A DNA stretch of 64,000 bases from Callorhinchus milii (taxonomy: Eukaryota): the NCBI RefSeq assembly GCF_018977255.1, contig NW_024704742.1, forward strand, positions 12,960,001 through 13,024,000, given 5' to 3'. Positions 50,770 to 62,429 of this stretch are shown here, piece by piece. The position numbers were made by a program, and so were the translations under genes. The notes under the pieces are model-generated. The model searched no databases. It was not told where the DNA came from and was given only the letters and a program-made list of their open reading frames with translations. Every line of letters starts with the position of its first letter. Position 1 is the first letter of the stretch.

Positions 50770-52516
50770 TCATCACCCACCTGCCCCTTGTCACCCACCA
50801 CCATGCCCTCTCTGTTCCCCTCACCCTCCCCATCATCTGCTCCTACCAGCACCCCCATCCTACATTCCTTCCTCCCCATCTCTCCCTCCTCCTTCTCACC
50901 CACCATCACCTCCATGAAACCCACCACCTGCTGCGTCGACCCACTCTCCACCAACTTGCTGGTCACCCAGCTCCCCCTCCTCTGCCCATTACTGGCTGAC
51001 GTCATCAACCAATCCCTCTCCTCCGGATCAGTCCCTGCCCCCCTCAAAACTGCTGTCATCACCCCCTTCCTCAAAAAACCTTCCCTAGATCCCTCAAACC
51101 CCAGCCACGACCACCCTATTTCTAACTTGCTATTCCTCGCAAAAGTCCTAGAACGTGTTGTTGCCAATCAACTTTGTGCACACCTCTCCTCCCACTTCCT
51201 CTTTGAACCCCTCCAGTCCAGTTTCCACCCTACCCACAGCACAGAGACTGCGCTTGTGAAAGTCACAAACAACATCCTCTCTATCTGTGATCAGGGCTCC
51301 CTCTGCCTCCTTGTCCTCCTGGATCTCTCCGCCACGTTCAACATAGTCGATCACACCATCCTCCTCCACGGTCTTTCCTCCGTCATCCACCTCAGTGGGA
51401 CCGCACTCATCTGGTTCGAGTCCTACCTCACAAACCGCCAGCAGTACATCTGCACAAACGGCTTCTCCTTCCGCTCTCACCCGGTCACCTGTGAGGTACC
51501 CCAAGGATCCATCCTTGGCCCCCTCCTCTTTCTGATCTACCTGCTCCCTCTTGGGGAAGTCATCCACAGACATGGGTGAGAATACTTCCACATGTATGCG
51601 GACGACACCCAACTCTACTTTTTCACCTCTTTGCGACCCCTCCAGTCCCCTGATGTTCTGTCAGCCTGCCTGTCAGATCTCAGGGGCTGGATGAGTGCAA
51701 ATTTCCTTCAGCTGAACGTTGACAAGATGGAAGCCATACTCTTGGCTCTCGTCAACATTTAAACCTAACGGTTCTCACCTCCTTCACCTGCCCGACCTCC
51801 GCCTAAAACTCTCCGAACTCATACGCAACTTAGGCGTCAGATTCGACCCCCAATTATCCTTCCTCCCCCACATCCGGTCCCTCACCAGCACCGCCTTTTT
51901 CCACCTCCGTCGCATCGCCCGTCTCCACCAATACCTCACCCCAAAAGCCGCTGAAACCCTGGTCCATGCCTTTGTCACCTCTTGGCCGGTCTCCCATCCA
52001 CTACCATCCATAAAATCCAACTCATTCAAAACTCTGCCGCCTGCATTCTCACCCGCACGAAACTCCGCTCCCCGATTACCCCAGTCCTTGCCAGACTGCA
52101 CTGGCTGCCTATCCCAGAGAGGATCGACTTCAAGATCCTCACCCATATCTTCAAATCCCTCCCCTCCTCCGCACCCCCCTAACTCTCTGACTTCCTCTCT
52201 CCTCAAAACAGTGCCCGTTGCCTTCGGTCCTCAGGGTCTGACCTTCTCCTTGTCCTCCGAGTCCTCCGTTCCCCCATCAGCGACCGTGCCTTCTGCCACT
52301 ACGCTCCAAGGCTTTGTAACTCCCTTCCTCACTCCCTTTGCCTCGCCCCCGCTCTTCCTATTTTCAGGTCTCAGCTGAAGACCTTTCTTTTCGACCGCGC
52401 CTTTGGTCACCTTCCTCCCCTTCCCCCTGGCTCGGCCCCGGGATCCGTTACTGTGAAGCACTCTGAGACGCCGTCCAGCGTGGAGGGCACTATATAAATC
52501 CAAGTTGTTGTTGTTG
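50770..52516 (+). mobile_element. 5'-truncated L2 LINE with a nearly complete, frameshifted RT domain
   Basis: PISNL.FL.KVLERVV, QS.F...HSTETAL.KV, LLDLSA.F..VDH, VPQGSILGPLLF.IY, HMYADDTQLY. (GTT)n tail at 52503-52516. Confidence 0.93.
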
Positions 52517-53199
52517 TAACGTCTTCAATGACTTAACTAAATCGTGTCAACTCTGATTAGTTCCAATAACACAGTTAGGAGTGAAACAGTGGCATTTTAG
52601 AAACTTGTATACTTAAATTACTTTATGCTGGTTTTATATCCTTATTCAAACATCTTGTAGACCAAAATACCATTCAAGATAAATTCTTCACTATTTTTCC
52701 ATAATAGGGTTTGTATATTCTGGCTATATGGTACATTAATTAACCAGTGAACCAAAAAGGCTTTCAGTGTGATTCTAAAATCAGATTTGAATCCTATTGA
52801 GACCATTTAATGTTCCCTTTTTGGAATAAGTAAACCAGTCCAGATTTGGGGTTGAGGTATTTTTTTGAATAGTTCACCGCTAGCTCTCTGGATCTTTGCA
52901 GATTAGAGAATTGCTTAACTTCCAGTATCACGGAGTGTGGATATACTGACTCAATTTGAAATGTTGAATGATCTGCATTTGGCCTAGATTATTTATCTCA
53001 TTATGAATATAATTTATTAAAAGGTTTCTTTTAAGTTTTTTTTAAATTTGCTTAAAATAAAATGATGTACAAACTGTACAAATGATGTACAAACTACAAA
53101 TGTACAAACTGTGCCTGTTTGGAGAGTAGCTACATGTTCACTTCCTCATCTTTCTGTTTGCTGAACTGAATTTCATTGGGACTTTTCTGTTTTTATAAT

Positions 53200-53465
53200 T
53201 AAGAACATAAGAATTTGCTTGGCGAAAGAAGACCAAGCTCCATCCAGTTCGCCTTCCACCATCCTGGCAGTTGTCATGACACGTCATGTCCCAAACTATA
53301 TACTGTATCCCCAGATATTATTCCCTAACAGAAAGCTACCTAATTTGTTCTTGAAAGAATCAACACTTACTACTTCCATCGTCTCCCTAGGGAGCCTGTT
53401 CAATAGGTTTACTACTCACTTACTGAAGCAGTATTTCTGTACATTTGTTCTGAATTTACCCCCTT
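53200..53465 (-). mobile_element. CR1 3' fragment
   Basis: taagaacataagaa terminus. Reverse strand resembles the CR1 KY.FS.RVV..WN.LP motif. Confidence 0.6.
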
Positions 53466-54308
53466 CAATGGCCAACCTGTACATCACTGATGATACTGTA
53501 TGTACAATTCCCTCTTGAACACATCATTAATCACTAATTGAAATAATTAGGTGTTCCAAAACAGTTCATTTGTTGGATTATTGCTAATTGTGTGAAAATG
53601 TCAATTATAACCAAACCTTTCTGTAAACTGGCATAAACATTTAACCTTATATTGTTATTGCAGATATTTACCCCAGGCAAAATCTATCTTAAAACAGGGT
53701 AACACTAATATAGTACTAAACCAGTATACAGTGATACATCAATTGCCTTGTTATAGTTCTGCCTCGCTTATGGTGTGGTTTACTGTAGACTAGAAGCACA
53801 GTACACCTGCTTTTAGTGTTGACTTGCGAGCTTCCTTCATTAAAAAAATGCCCAACTTGCACTGGTTGCCACTGATGACACTTCCTATATGTACAATTCC
53901 CTCTTCAACACATCATTAAGCACTAATTGAAATCAATTGTTCTCAGTTTCCATGCCCCAAGTAATAGTTGGCAGCAACTTTAACACTGTCACTTTGCTCC
54001 CTTAGTCTTAAATGGTCCTAACAATTATTTAGACTATGTTTAGAACAGAGTTGCAGTATATGGACCAGGCTAATAATTAGCAGGAAATTTGAAAACACAT
54101 TGATGCTGGTGACCTGGTATACCTGTAAGAAGAAGAGAAATATCTCGGACATCATTATTACTACTTAAAGTTGCAGTGGCTATAGGAAAGCAATTTAAGT
54201 TTGTGTAGCAGAGCAAGCTGCTCAAAAAGTAAATTGTGTGAAAACACAAGGCATCATTTCAATTCAGAATGCATGTGTGATTAAATTGAATTCTCGTCTA
54301 ACTTGCAG

Positions 54309-54406
54309 AAAAATATGACTATGTTGGCCGACTGCTGAAACCAGGGGATGAACCGTCAGAATATACAGACGAGGAAGATGTCAAGGAGCATGCAAAGCGC
54401 AACTGA
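54309..54406 (+). CDS. PGRMC2: PGRMC2 exon 3 coding part (EKYDYVGRLLKPGDEPSEYTDEEDVKEHAKRN*)
   Basis: ttgcag acceptor, TGA at 54404-54406. Total CDS 570 nt = 189 aa. Confidence 0.96.
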
Positions 54407-55465
54407 ACCCGTTTGTCAACCAAAGCATAGGCCTTCCCTGCTGCACACCATTTTACTCTGATTTCTGCAGCTTTGTTTTTCTTCAGAAGCTACAAATGAT
54501 TGAATGCAAAATATATTTTGTAAAAGTGGTGATACTCTTGTGTGGAGATTTTACTTCAAATGTCTGGTATGTGCTGCCAACATTGTTTTGCAGTTGTTGT
54601 AACGCATCAGGTAAGGTTATGTTCATATTAGCAAAAAAAAAACACCCAAGAGTTATTTAACTTAGGCCATTAGTTTGCCAATATTGGAGGTGGGGAGAAC
54701 GAGTCATCTGACATTCTGCTAATATCTTCAGAGACTTTAAATGGTGGTTGTGATTTGGGGGCAAGGCTCCCAAGTCATTAGTGTATTTGTTTTTTCATTA
54801 AATAGCTTGCACTACCAGAAAACTAGAGTTCAGAGTTGAATTCAGCATTTGAAGACTGCAGAATGTAGTTTTAATGTTTTTTTTCCCCCATAAAACTGCA
54901 CTAAGTCAATATACAGTAATACAAGGAAAGGGAAGGTACAAATACGATTGTCCTGGCTTAATTCAAACAGCCATCTGCGTGTGCCCACTGAATGTTTCAC
55001 AATTAGTTCTCTGCAATGATTGTAGTGCTGAAGTCTTGGTCCCCTTTCGTTTATCAAAATGTAGGTAATATTCATAGTGCCTTATTTTGATTACTTTTCT
55101 ACTGCAACCTGAATTATTATTATAAATTGATTCCCCAAACTTGAGTAAATGATATAATAGTATGTAAAGGAGAGAAGCAGTCATTGCATAAAATGTAGAT
55201 CTGTTTATCATTGCCTATGGTGTATTGTCATTTGACTGAACAAAATATACACATGTGTTAACTGTATGTACGGCTGTCATATCCAGTGATACTGCCATAT
55301 TTATGTAGTGATGTACAATTTGGTGTTCTAGCCAGACTCCCAAATTTTGTGATTTTTTTTCTTCCCTCTGATTTGCAGTTTCTCCTTTGTTCTGTGGGAG
55401 AGGAGGAAGCACCTTTTAATTATGTGGGATAGAGGGAAAATTGGATGGTAAGACATTGCAAATCT

Positions 55466-55594
55466 TGTAAATATGTGCAACTGTTTTAATAAAGGCATGT
55501 ACTACAAACCAAACTCAGAACAGACTTTGTGAGAAGTAAAAACAGAAACCCAAGTTATAGAGGATGGTGGAACAGATAAATAATGCACAATAAA
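55466..55594 (+). terminator. Candidate PGRMC2 polyadenylation region: AATAAA at 55488-55493 and 55589-55594, preceded by TGTAAATA
   Basis: Canonical hexamers ~1.1 kb after the stop codon. A further AATAAA at 57626-57631 is followed by a U-rich tract. Confidence 0.5.
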
Positions 55595-55913
55595 CAATTG
55601 GTTATTAATCTGGTCTGATTTGTGACTTATTTTCAAAATATTTAAATCCATTTTAGTGCATGGGTTGTAGAAATGGCAGCAAAACAGCTCAGTTTGTGGT
55701 ATCTTAAGTATTTAAGCTTTTTTTTAGGCAAACAGACTTTTGTTGCATGATAGTTTTAAGTATTTGCAATTTTCCCACTTGGTACTTGTTTATTTGACCA
55801 AAATGTTTGCATTGTTTGCATTTGTATTGCATGTCTACATGTAATTTTATCATCTTTGGCTATTTCAAAGATTGCCAAACCCATGTCAAAAACACTTCTT
55901 GCTCAGTGAATAT

Positions 55914-56229
55914 ATAATAATAATAATCCTTGCATTTGATATAGCGCTTTTCACGTCGAGAGGACATCCCAAAGCGCTTCACAGAACAACTGTAAAGTGA
56001 ATTGACTGTATATTTGTGGGCGAACGCGGCAGCCAATTGCGCACAGCAGTGTCCCACAAACAGTCGTAGATTGAAAATGACCAATTTATTATTGTTTTTT
56101 TTTTTTTGGAGGGATTATTATTAGGCGTGTGGAGTAAGGAAACTTGCCCAAGGTTTCGCCCTGACTGGAATTGAACTCAGGTCTCTCGCTTGCAAAGCGA
56201 GTGCTCTAACCACTGAGCTACAGGACTCC
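55914..56229 (-). mobile_element. Young full-length Deu-type SINE family A (tRNA-Ala(TGC)-like head)
   Basis: Minus strand GGAGTCCTGTAGCTCAGTGGTTAGAGCACTCGCTTTGCAAGCGAGAGACCTGAGTTCAATTCC, followed by core and (TTA)n tail. Confidence 0.9.
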
Positions 56230-56666
56230 ACAATATTGCAAACATTTTTTGCCAGTTTTTGCTTATTAGCCCTCCAGAGTTAATATCTTTTCTGCATCTG
56301 TCCAAAAATTACAGAAGCAGTACTTGCAGAGAGATGAGTGTGTAGCATTTCAGTTCTATATCATAGTGTGTTTCTTCAAATGGATTTAAACATCGTATCC
56401 ACTATTGAAACAGTACCTTAAGGACAAAAAAAAAACCTCAAGTCAAGCTGAAAGAAATTGTTGTATTCAGTCTGGTGAGAAATTGTTCTTAAGCAGTTCA
56501 GAAATATGCAAGACGTGTGACTCAGGCAATGTACATCCCAGATATGCATGACAAGAAGGCGTACACCTTTTGGTTCAGATATTTGTATTCCTCTACCGTT
56601 ATACGTGAGTCCAGCTCAATTGGCTTTGGGGTGCTATAAAAGGAAGTCTGTTCCATCCTAATGGGA

Positions 56667-57125
56667 TAATAATAATAATAATCCTTGCATTTGATATAGC
56701 GCTTTTCATGTCTTCTAGATGCCTCAAAGCCCTTCACAGAATATACTGTAAAGTGAATTGACGGTATATTTTGTGGGGAAGTAGGGTGAAAGACTGCTAA
56801 TGGACATGGGAGTGCAGGAAAGGTTTATTTTGTGGAATTGTTGGAGAGTGGAGATACATTTCTGTCATTTCTATTTTGACATTACAGTGGAATTTGTACA
56901 ATCCCAGTGTATCAACAGTTACACAGTGCCTCATGTTACTCAAAAAAAATTGTGGTCATTCACTCCATGACTATTTGTGGGACACTGCTGTGCTCAATTG
57001 GCTGCCATGTTCGTCCACAAAATTCACAGTCAATCCACTTTGTTATATTCTGTGAAGGACTTCGAGACATCTCAAGAGCATGATAAGGCGCTATACCAAA
57101 TGCACGGATTATTATTATTATTATC
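56667..57125. mobile_element. SINE 3' pieces (56667-56778 minus; 56955-57125 plus)
   Basis: Core and tail motifs in opposite orientations. Confidence 0.75.
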
Positions 57126-60100
57126 CTAGATTTAATATTGGCCCACTGCACTGAAGGTGTTCCCTATATTTCAAAGTGTTTTGTTGTAAGCTGATTTAGA
57201 AAGATGCTTGTGTATATTTCCAATCAGAATGACAATGCATAAGAAAGGGTATGTAATAGTTTGAAACCCTCAACTTATTTGTATATACATAATAAATAGT
57301 TTGCATTTATATAGCAACTTTCACGTCAGGAGGATGTCCCAAGACACTGAAATATACATATTCCTAAAACAAAATTGTACTATGAATTTCCCAGCACAAA
57401 TTAATGACTGATTAATAATGGTCACAAGTCCAGATTCTGTAAATATATCTGATTTTGTTCTGGCTATTAATGGCAAATTCAATCCCAAATTATTTTTATT
57501 AATAGCTAGAATAAGATTATGGAAAAGTAGATTAATTTTAAAATGTATTCTTAAATTCAAAGCTCCTTATGAAAGCCTTCCTGTTGATGGCTATAATTTT
57601 AATTAATTATCACAGATTCACATCCAATAAAACATTGACTTTTTTGTTTTTCAGTATTTACTTGGTTTCAAAAGATGTCTGTGGGTAATGATCTTTTCAC
57701 AGAGTTATCTTCAGAATCTGAGCCCCTATTGTTTTTTTTATTTTGCAAGAGTGTTTTTTCAGATGGACAGGCATCCATTCTTTTACTTACTTTTGCTTTT
57801 GTGCTGTTGATACTCAGGGCCGGTATGAGATGCACTGTGTTCTAACAAATGTAATCCAAATGTCAGAAGTTGGAACTGAAAAAGAAATACAGTAAGCGCT
57901 CCGAGACACTGCCCGACGTGAAGTGCGCTATTTAAATGCAAGTTGTTGTTCAACCACAGTACTAACTAGAAATTAAATGTATTATCCAGGTTTATCTGTT
58001 TTGTGTCTTTGGGAACCTTTTGTCATTGTCCAAGGCTGCGTGAAACAAGGCAGTTGCACCTTTGTGTTTATGCTTTGCTGTTTAAACTTAATAGAAAAGA
58101 ATGTGTTCATAAGCTGTCAGAATCATTGCAGAGTGCCATTTGATTAGAATAGTCTATTTCTGTTGATAGCTATGCCAAAAAGTGTGGTTGTTTTTATATG
58201 CAGATAAGTACTTTTTAATTCTACTGTGAAGATCTGTTTGCTTACGGAAGTAGTTGCTGCTGAAAGAAATAATTTTTAAAAATAAAACAAAGTCTGTTTT
58301 TGGAGGTTGAGGTAAAATGGGAATGGCCTCCTGCAAAACTTCCATTGTTCTTAGTCATTTAGGTGAATATTTACATGGAAGAAATCCTACTTATTTCTAT
58401 GAAAGTTTAAGAGAATCATTGTACATCTAAGAGGATCATTTCAATACTTTCTATTTACTAATTATGTGAGTCTAGCCAGTGGAAATGTCATTCTCAATTT
58501 TCTTGAGATGACCAAAATGACCTAACTGCTGTTTGTAAATGCTCTTGTTATATAAATCAGATAAACATAATTTTCGTTCCTGAATTAGGTTCTGCATAAA
58601 ATACTTTTTTGGTCATTTTCTCATTTTGTTCATTAGAACAGGCTGGAAGAATTGTCTTTTCAACCTCTCTCAACTTCTCAACTCCCACCACCATACACAA
58701 TTTCACAGATTACATACTTTAAAGCAACTGATTAACAGTAGAGGAGCTGTGAGCAACATTGGACAATACTGGAATAATTTTGGTTCCATTGTGCTCACAT
58801 TAGCAAACAGCAATGGTGAATTCTAATTGCAAGTATTGGAAATTAAGAATCCTTGTATTGAAAAGATATTTCTGTACCTTTTTTGCAAAAAAAATCATTT
58901 CATTATACATGAAAGTAGGAAGAGTTTGGGAATCTGAACTTGGTCTGCTAGTTTTTATGGAAAAATAGATTTGTAATTCTCAAGAGTGTTATAACGATAG
59001 AATTTGTTAAAGGTCAAATTTTCTACCATGCAGTGTTCTAATAGTTTTGGTTGAAAAACAACAGTGAGAAACAATAGGCCCAATAGTGAGACAGATGTAG
59101 TGTGATTTTTAAGCTACCAAGTACAATTAAACTATTACAAACTTTCCATCTTATTATATTCCTGCTCCTGACACATGCTCTATTACAATTGCACACTGTA
59201 GAATGAAATTCTTCATTTGACTTGGTTTGGTTCTAATGAACCTGCAGTTTCTATCAGGCCGTGTTATAATGTGCCACCCACCTGGATCTGTTTGTCCCTG
59301 TGTCACCAAACATTCCCAGCATCATTCCAGCATATACACTTGCATATATGCTCAAAGATATTTCTTCTTGCTCCTTTAATCTCTAGCAAAGGACTTGAAG
59401 TTGAGAGAGGTTGAAAGGTTTATACCATACAATATATATTATATAGCCCCTTTCGCGTTGGGAGGATGAAGGACATCCATACTGGGGTGGGATCTGAGGG
59501 GGTTTTGCGATTACCAAAAGCGATCAAAGAGGTACTCGAGGGTGGAGCTCCAGAGTGTTATAGTATTTGATTCCCTAAATAAGCTACTTTGGTGGTGATG
59601 GGGGAGGTGGTGGTGGGGTTGTAATTGTGGTTTGACTGTATAATAGCAGCTGTCAGGATATTGGATGTTAAGAAGATGTAAAAACAGATTGTGTCTTTGT
59701 CATCTCTCAGTCTTGTTTAAACCAGAAAAGTTGATGTCTTGTCAGTGGGTTGGGGCTGGTGGTTGGGGTTGAAGTGTGCGTTTTTGACTGTTTTCCCCTT
59801 TCTGTAAACGTGCTTTTTCAAAGTGTGTAGTTACTAGATGCCGAGTTTCAGATGTATTGAATATTCTCACCTATTAAAAGTTTTAGGAGCTGAATTGCTC
59901 TGATGTAGGAAATGATGTGTGAAACCTTCAGTGTAAGTGTGTGCTTTTAGTTCCCTCAAAAAACAATTTTATATAAAAATACTGTTCTGTTCTTTTTTGC
60001 AGGTAGCATGTTCTAACATTTTTATAAAAGTATGTTGCACAAACTTAGAACAATCAAATATTTCCCAATCAGATTAAGTTGCTCAACTTGCGCAAGCCTT

Positions 60101-60964
60101 TGTGTTTCAGGATGAGGGGTGGTGGGTATGGTTTATGTGTCTCATTTGGCCTCTACATGTGTGTTTATAGAGTTGCGACTAATGATTTCTTGGATTGCTG
60201 CCTGGTAATACAGTTGGCGAGAAACATGCCGCCTTTTCTAGAAGTTGCAGACGTAGGTATGTCTTTGGCTATTTCCACCGGAGAAATCCAGAGGTACTTG
60301 TGCAAGTCCTGGGATTGTTGGGCCAAAATACATATTTATACAGTATTGAAATTCGATGGAGAACTTGGACACATGTCCCTACCCACTGATGGATCAATGA
60401 TGGATCAATAATGACATAGTGAAATTGATCTTTCCTGAACACAATCTAGATTGTGAGCAAGTAATGTTGGACAGGCAATTTTACTCTTTCCATGTTTTTG
60501 TGAATGTGTTCAATTGCAGTTTGGCATGATTAAGCAAAACACAGTCGATTCACTTTACAATATATTCTGTGAAGCACTTTGAAACATCTCAACAACGTGA
60601 TAAGGCGCGATATCAAATGCAAGGATTAATAATTATGTGATCAATGGGATGTTTACCCAGCATACGGTATTGTCTTTCTTCACTGAGGAAAGAAAAAAAA
60701 GGGTCAAGAGGAGGGGAGAAAATTGGAAGAGAAAAATTGGATCAGGTGGGAAGGAATAAGTAAATTTGGCAAAGACGCAGAAAATGGTTTCAATATCAGA
60801 AAATAAAAAATGAGAATTTTAGAAATGAAAGGTCCAGGAAAAGGGTGTGGACATGCCATATTAGATAGGTTGCTACAATACTGTTTTTTATCAGGACATA
60901 GCAGCAAAGGACTCATAAGATTTACCAGAAAATCGTGTTCTATTGAAACCCTTTTCTTCTCTAA

Positions 60965-61286
60965 ATAATAATAATAATAATAATCCTTGCATTTGATATA
61001 GCGCTTTTCACGTCGGGAGGACGTCCCAAAGCGCTTCACAGAACACACTGTAAAGTGAATTGACTGTATATTTGTGGGCGAACGCGGCAGCCAATTGCGC
61101 ACAGCAATGTCCCACAAACAGTCGTGGATTGAAAATGACCAATTTATTATTGTTTTTGGTTTTGGAGGGATTATTATTAGGCTCTGTGTGGAGTAAGGAA
61201 ACTTGCCCAAGGTTTCGCCCTCTGCCTGGAATTGAACTCAGGTCTCTCACTTGCAAAGCGAGTGCTCAACCACTGAGCTACAGGAC
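60965..61286 (-). mobile_element. Young Deu-type SINE family A, near full length
   Basis: Nearly identical to 3432-3622 and 55914-56229. Confidence 0.9.
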
Positions 61287-62109
61287 ATGATAAAGAATAA
61301 GGTAGTTCTCTCTTTTATAATACAGTACTGTGTGCTGGGCAAACATCCCATTGGATCTCACCAGCTGGCTAGATATTATCATCCTCATAACTATCCTCAT
61401 AACAAAAGTGGAGAAACGACAGAAGTAAGGCAGGTCTTTTACCGTGTACTGGTGAGCATTGCCATGCTCTGCAAACTGATATTGTTACAGATCAGGCGCC
61501 TTTGAAATTTCATGTGCTTTCAACGTGTCAATGATTCTGCACCTGCACCTACAGCAGTGACCCAGCACCACGATAACAGTTTGCTGAGCACCTGCTGAAA
61601 GAGTCAGTTTTAAGAACAAACTAAACTCAACTTGTTGGTTGGTGCCAACTAGGTGGAGAAACCCAATCCACCACAAGGTGGGAAAAACACAGCAGCCCAA
61701 TTGCGATTATTTTTTCAACTGACAGAATATACTTACAGAATACACTGTAAAGTGAATTGACTATGTTTTGTGGAGAAACATTTTGTAGGTTTGAGTGACC
61801 AATTTTTATTAATTAATTGTTTTTTTTAGTGCCGCCTGTTGGGATATGTACCTGGGTTGTGCTGTGTTATAGAGCAGATTTCCTAAAAGTTGCATCATTT
61901 TTATATATTGGTAGAGATAATAAATTAAGAAACACATTTTTTTAGACAAGGTACCTTACAGTAGTACCCTGGCACAGAAAGCAGGATCAAAGCTGGCAAC
62001 ACTGTACATCGGTGCTGTTGATCAGAGGTAATGTACGAAGCCAGAAGATGTCAGAAGCAGAACATTTGCATGCCGAAACCGATTCAATGCTAATTTATGT
62101 GGCACGTTA

Positions 62110-62345
62110 TATATTAATCCTTGCATTTGATATAGCGCCTTATCACGTGGGCGAAATGTGGCAGCTGATTGTAAACAGCTGTGTCCCACAAACAGTCGTG
62201 GATTCAGTGACCAATTATTAATTAAAAGTTTCTTGAAGGGATTATTACCCCCAGTAAAGCGATCTGCCAATCGACTAACAAGCGAGTTCCTACTCGCTGC
62301 AGGTAAACAGGTGTGTGGAGTAAGGAAACTTGCCTAACGTTTCTC
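62110..62345 (-). mobile_element. Internally deleted family A SINE
   Basis: Tail joined to core, then the gtttacct..cag..agtagg block. Confidence 0.7.
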
Positions 62346-62429
62346 CCAATGTTTAGCAATCTATACACAGGCCAAATCGAGTGCATTAGAACAGGGATTA
62401 CACATGATCTTAGATCTGTTTTTATCCGT

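Noticed and set aside
50581..51579. 332-aa ORF as a host gene
   Set aside because: It is part of an L2 reverse transcriptase with a frameshift before YADD.
56160..56229. tRNA-Ala gene (and similar heads at 3085, 24937, 29661, 31102, 61220)
   Set aside because: These are SINE heads continuing into core and tail; the acceptor stem is not properly closed.
61443..61592. Minus-strand exon-like segment (cagcag acceptor, gtaaaa donor)
   Set aside because: Stop codons in all three frames and no recognisable product.
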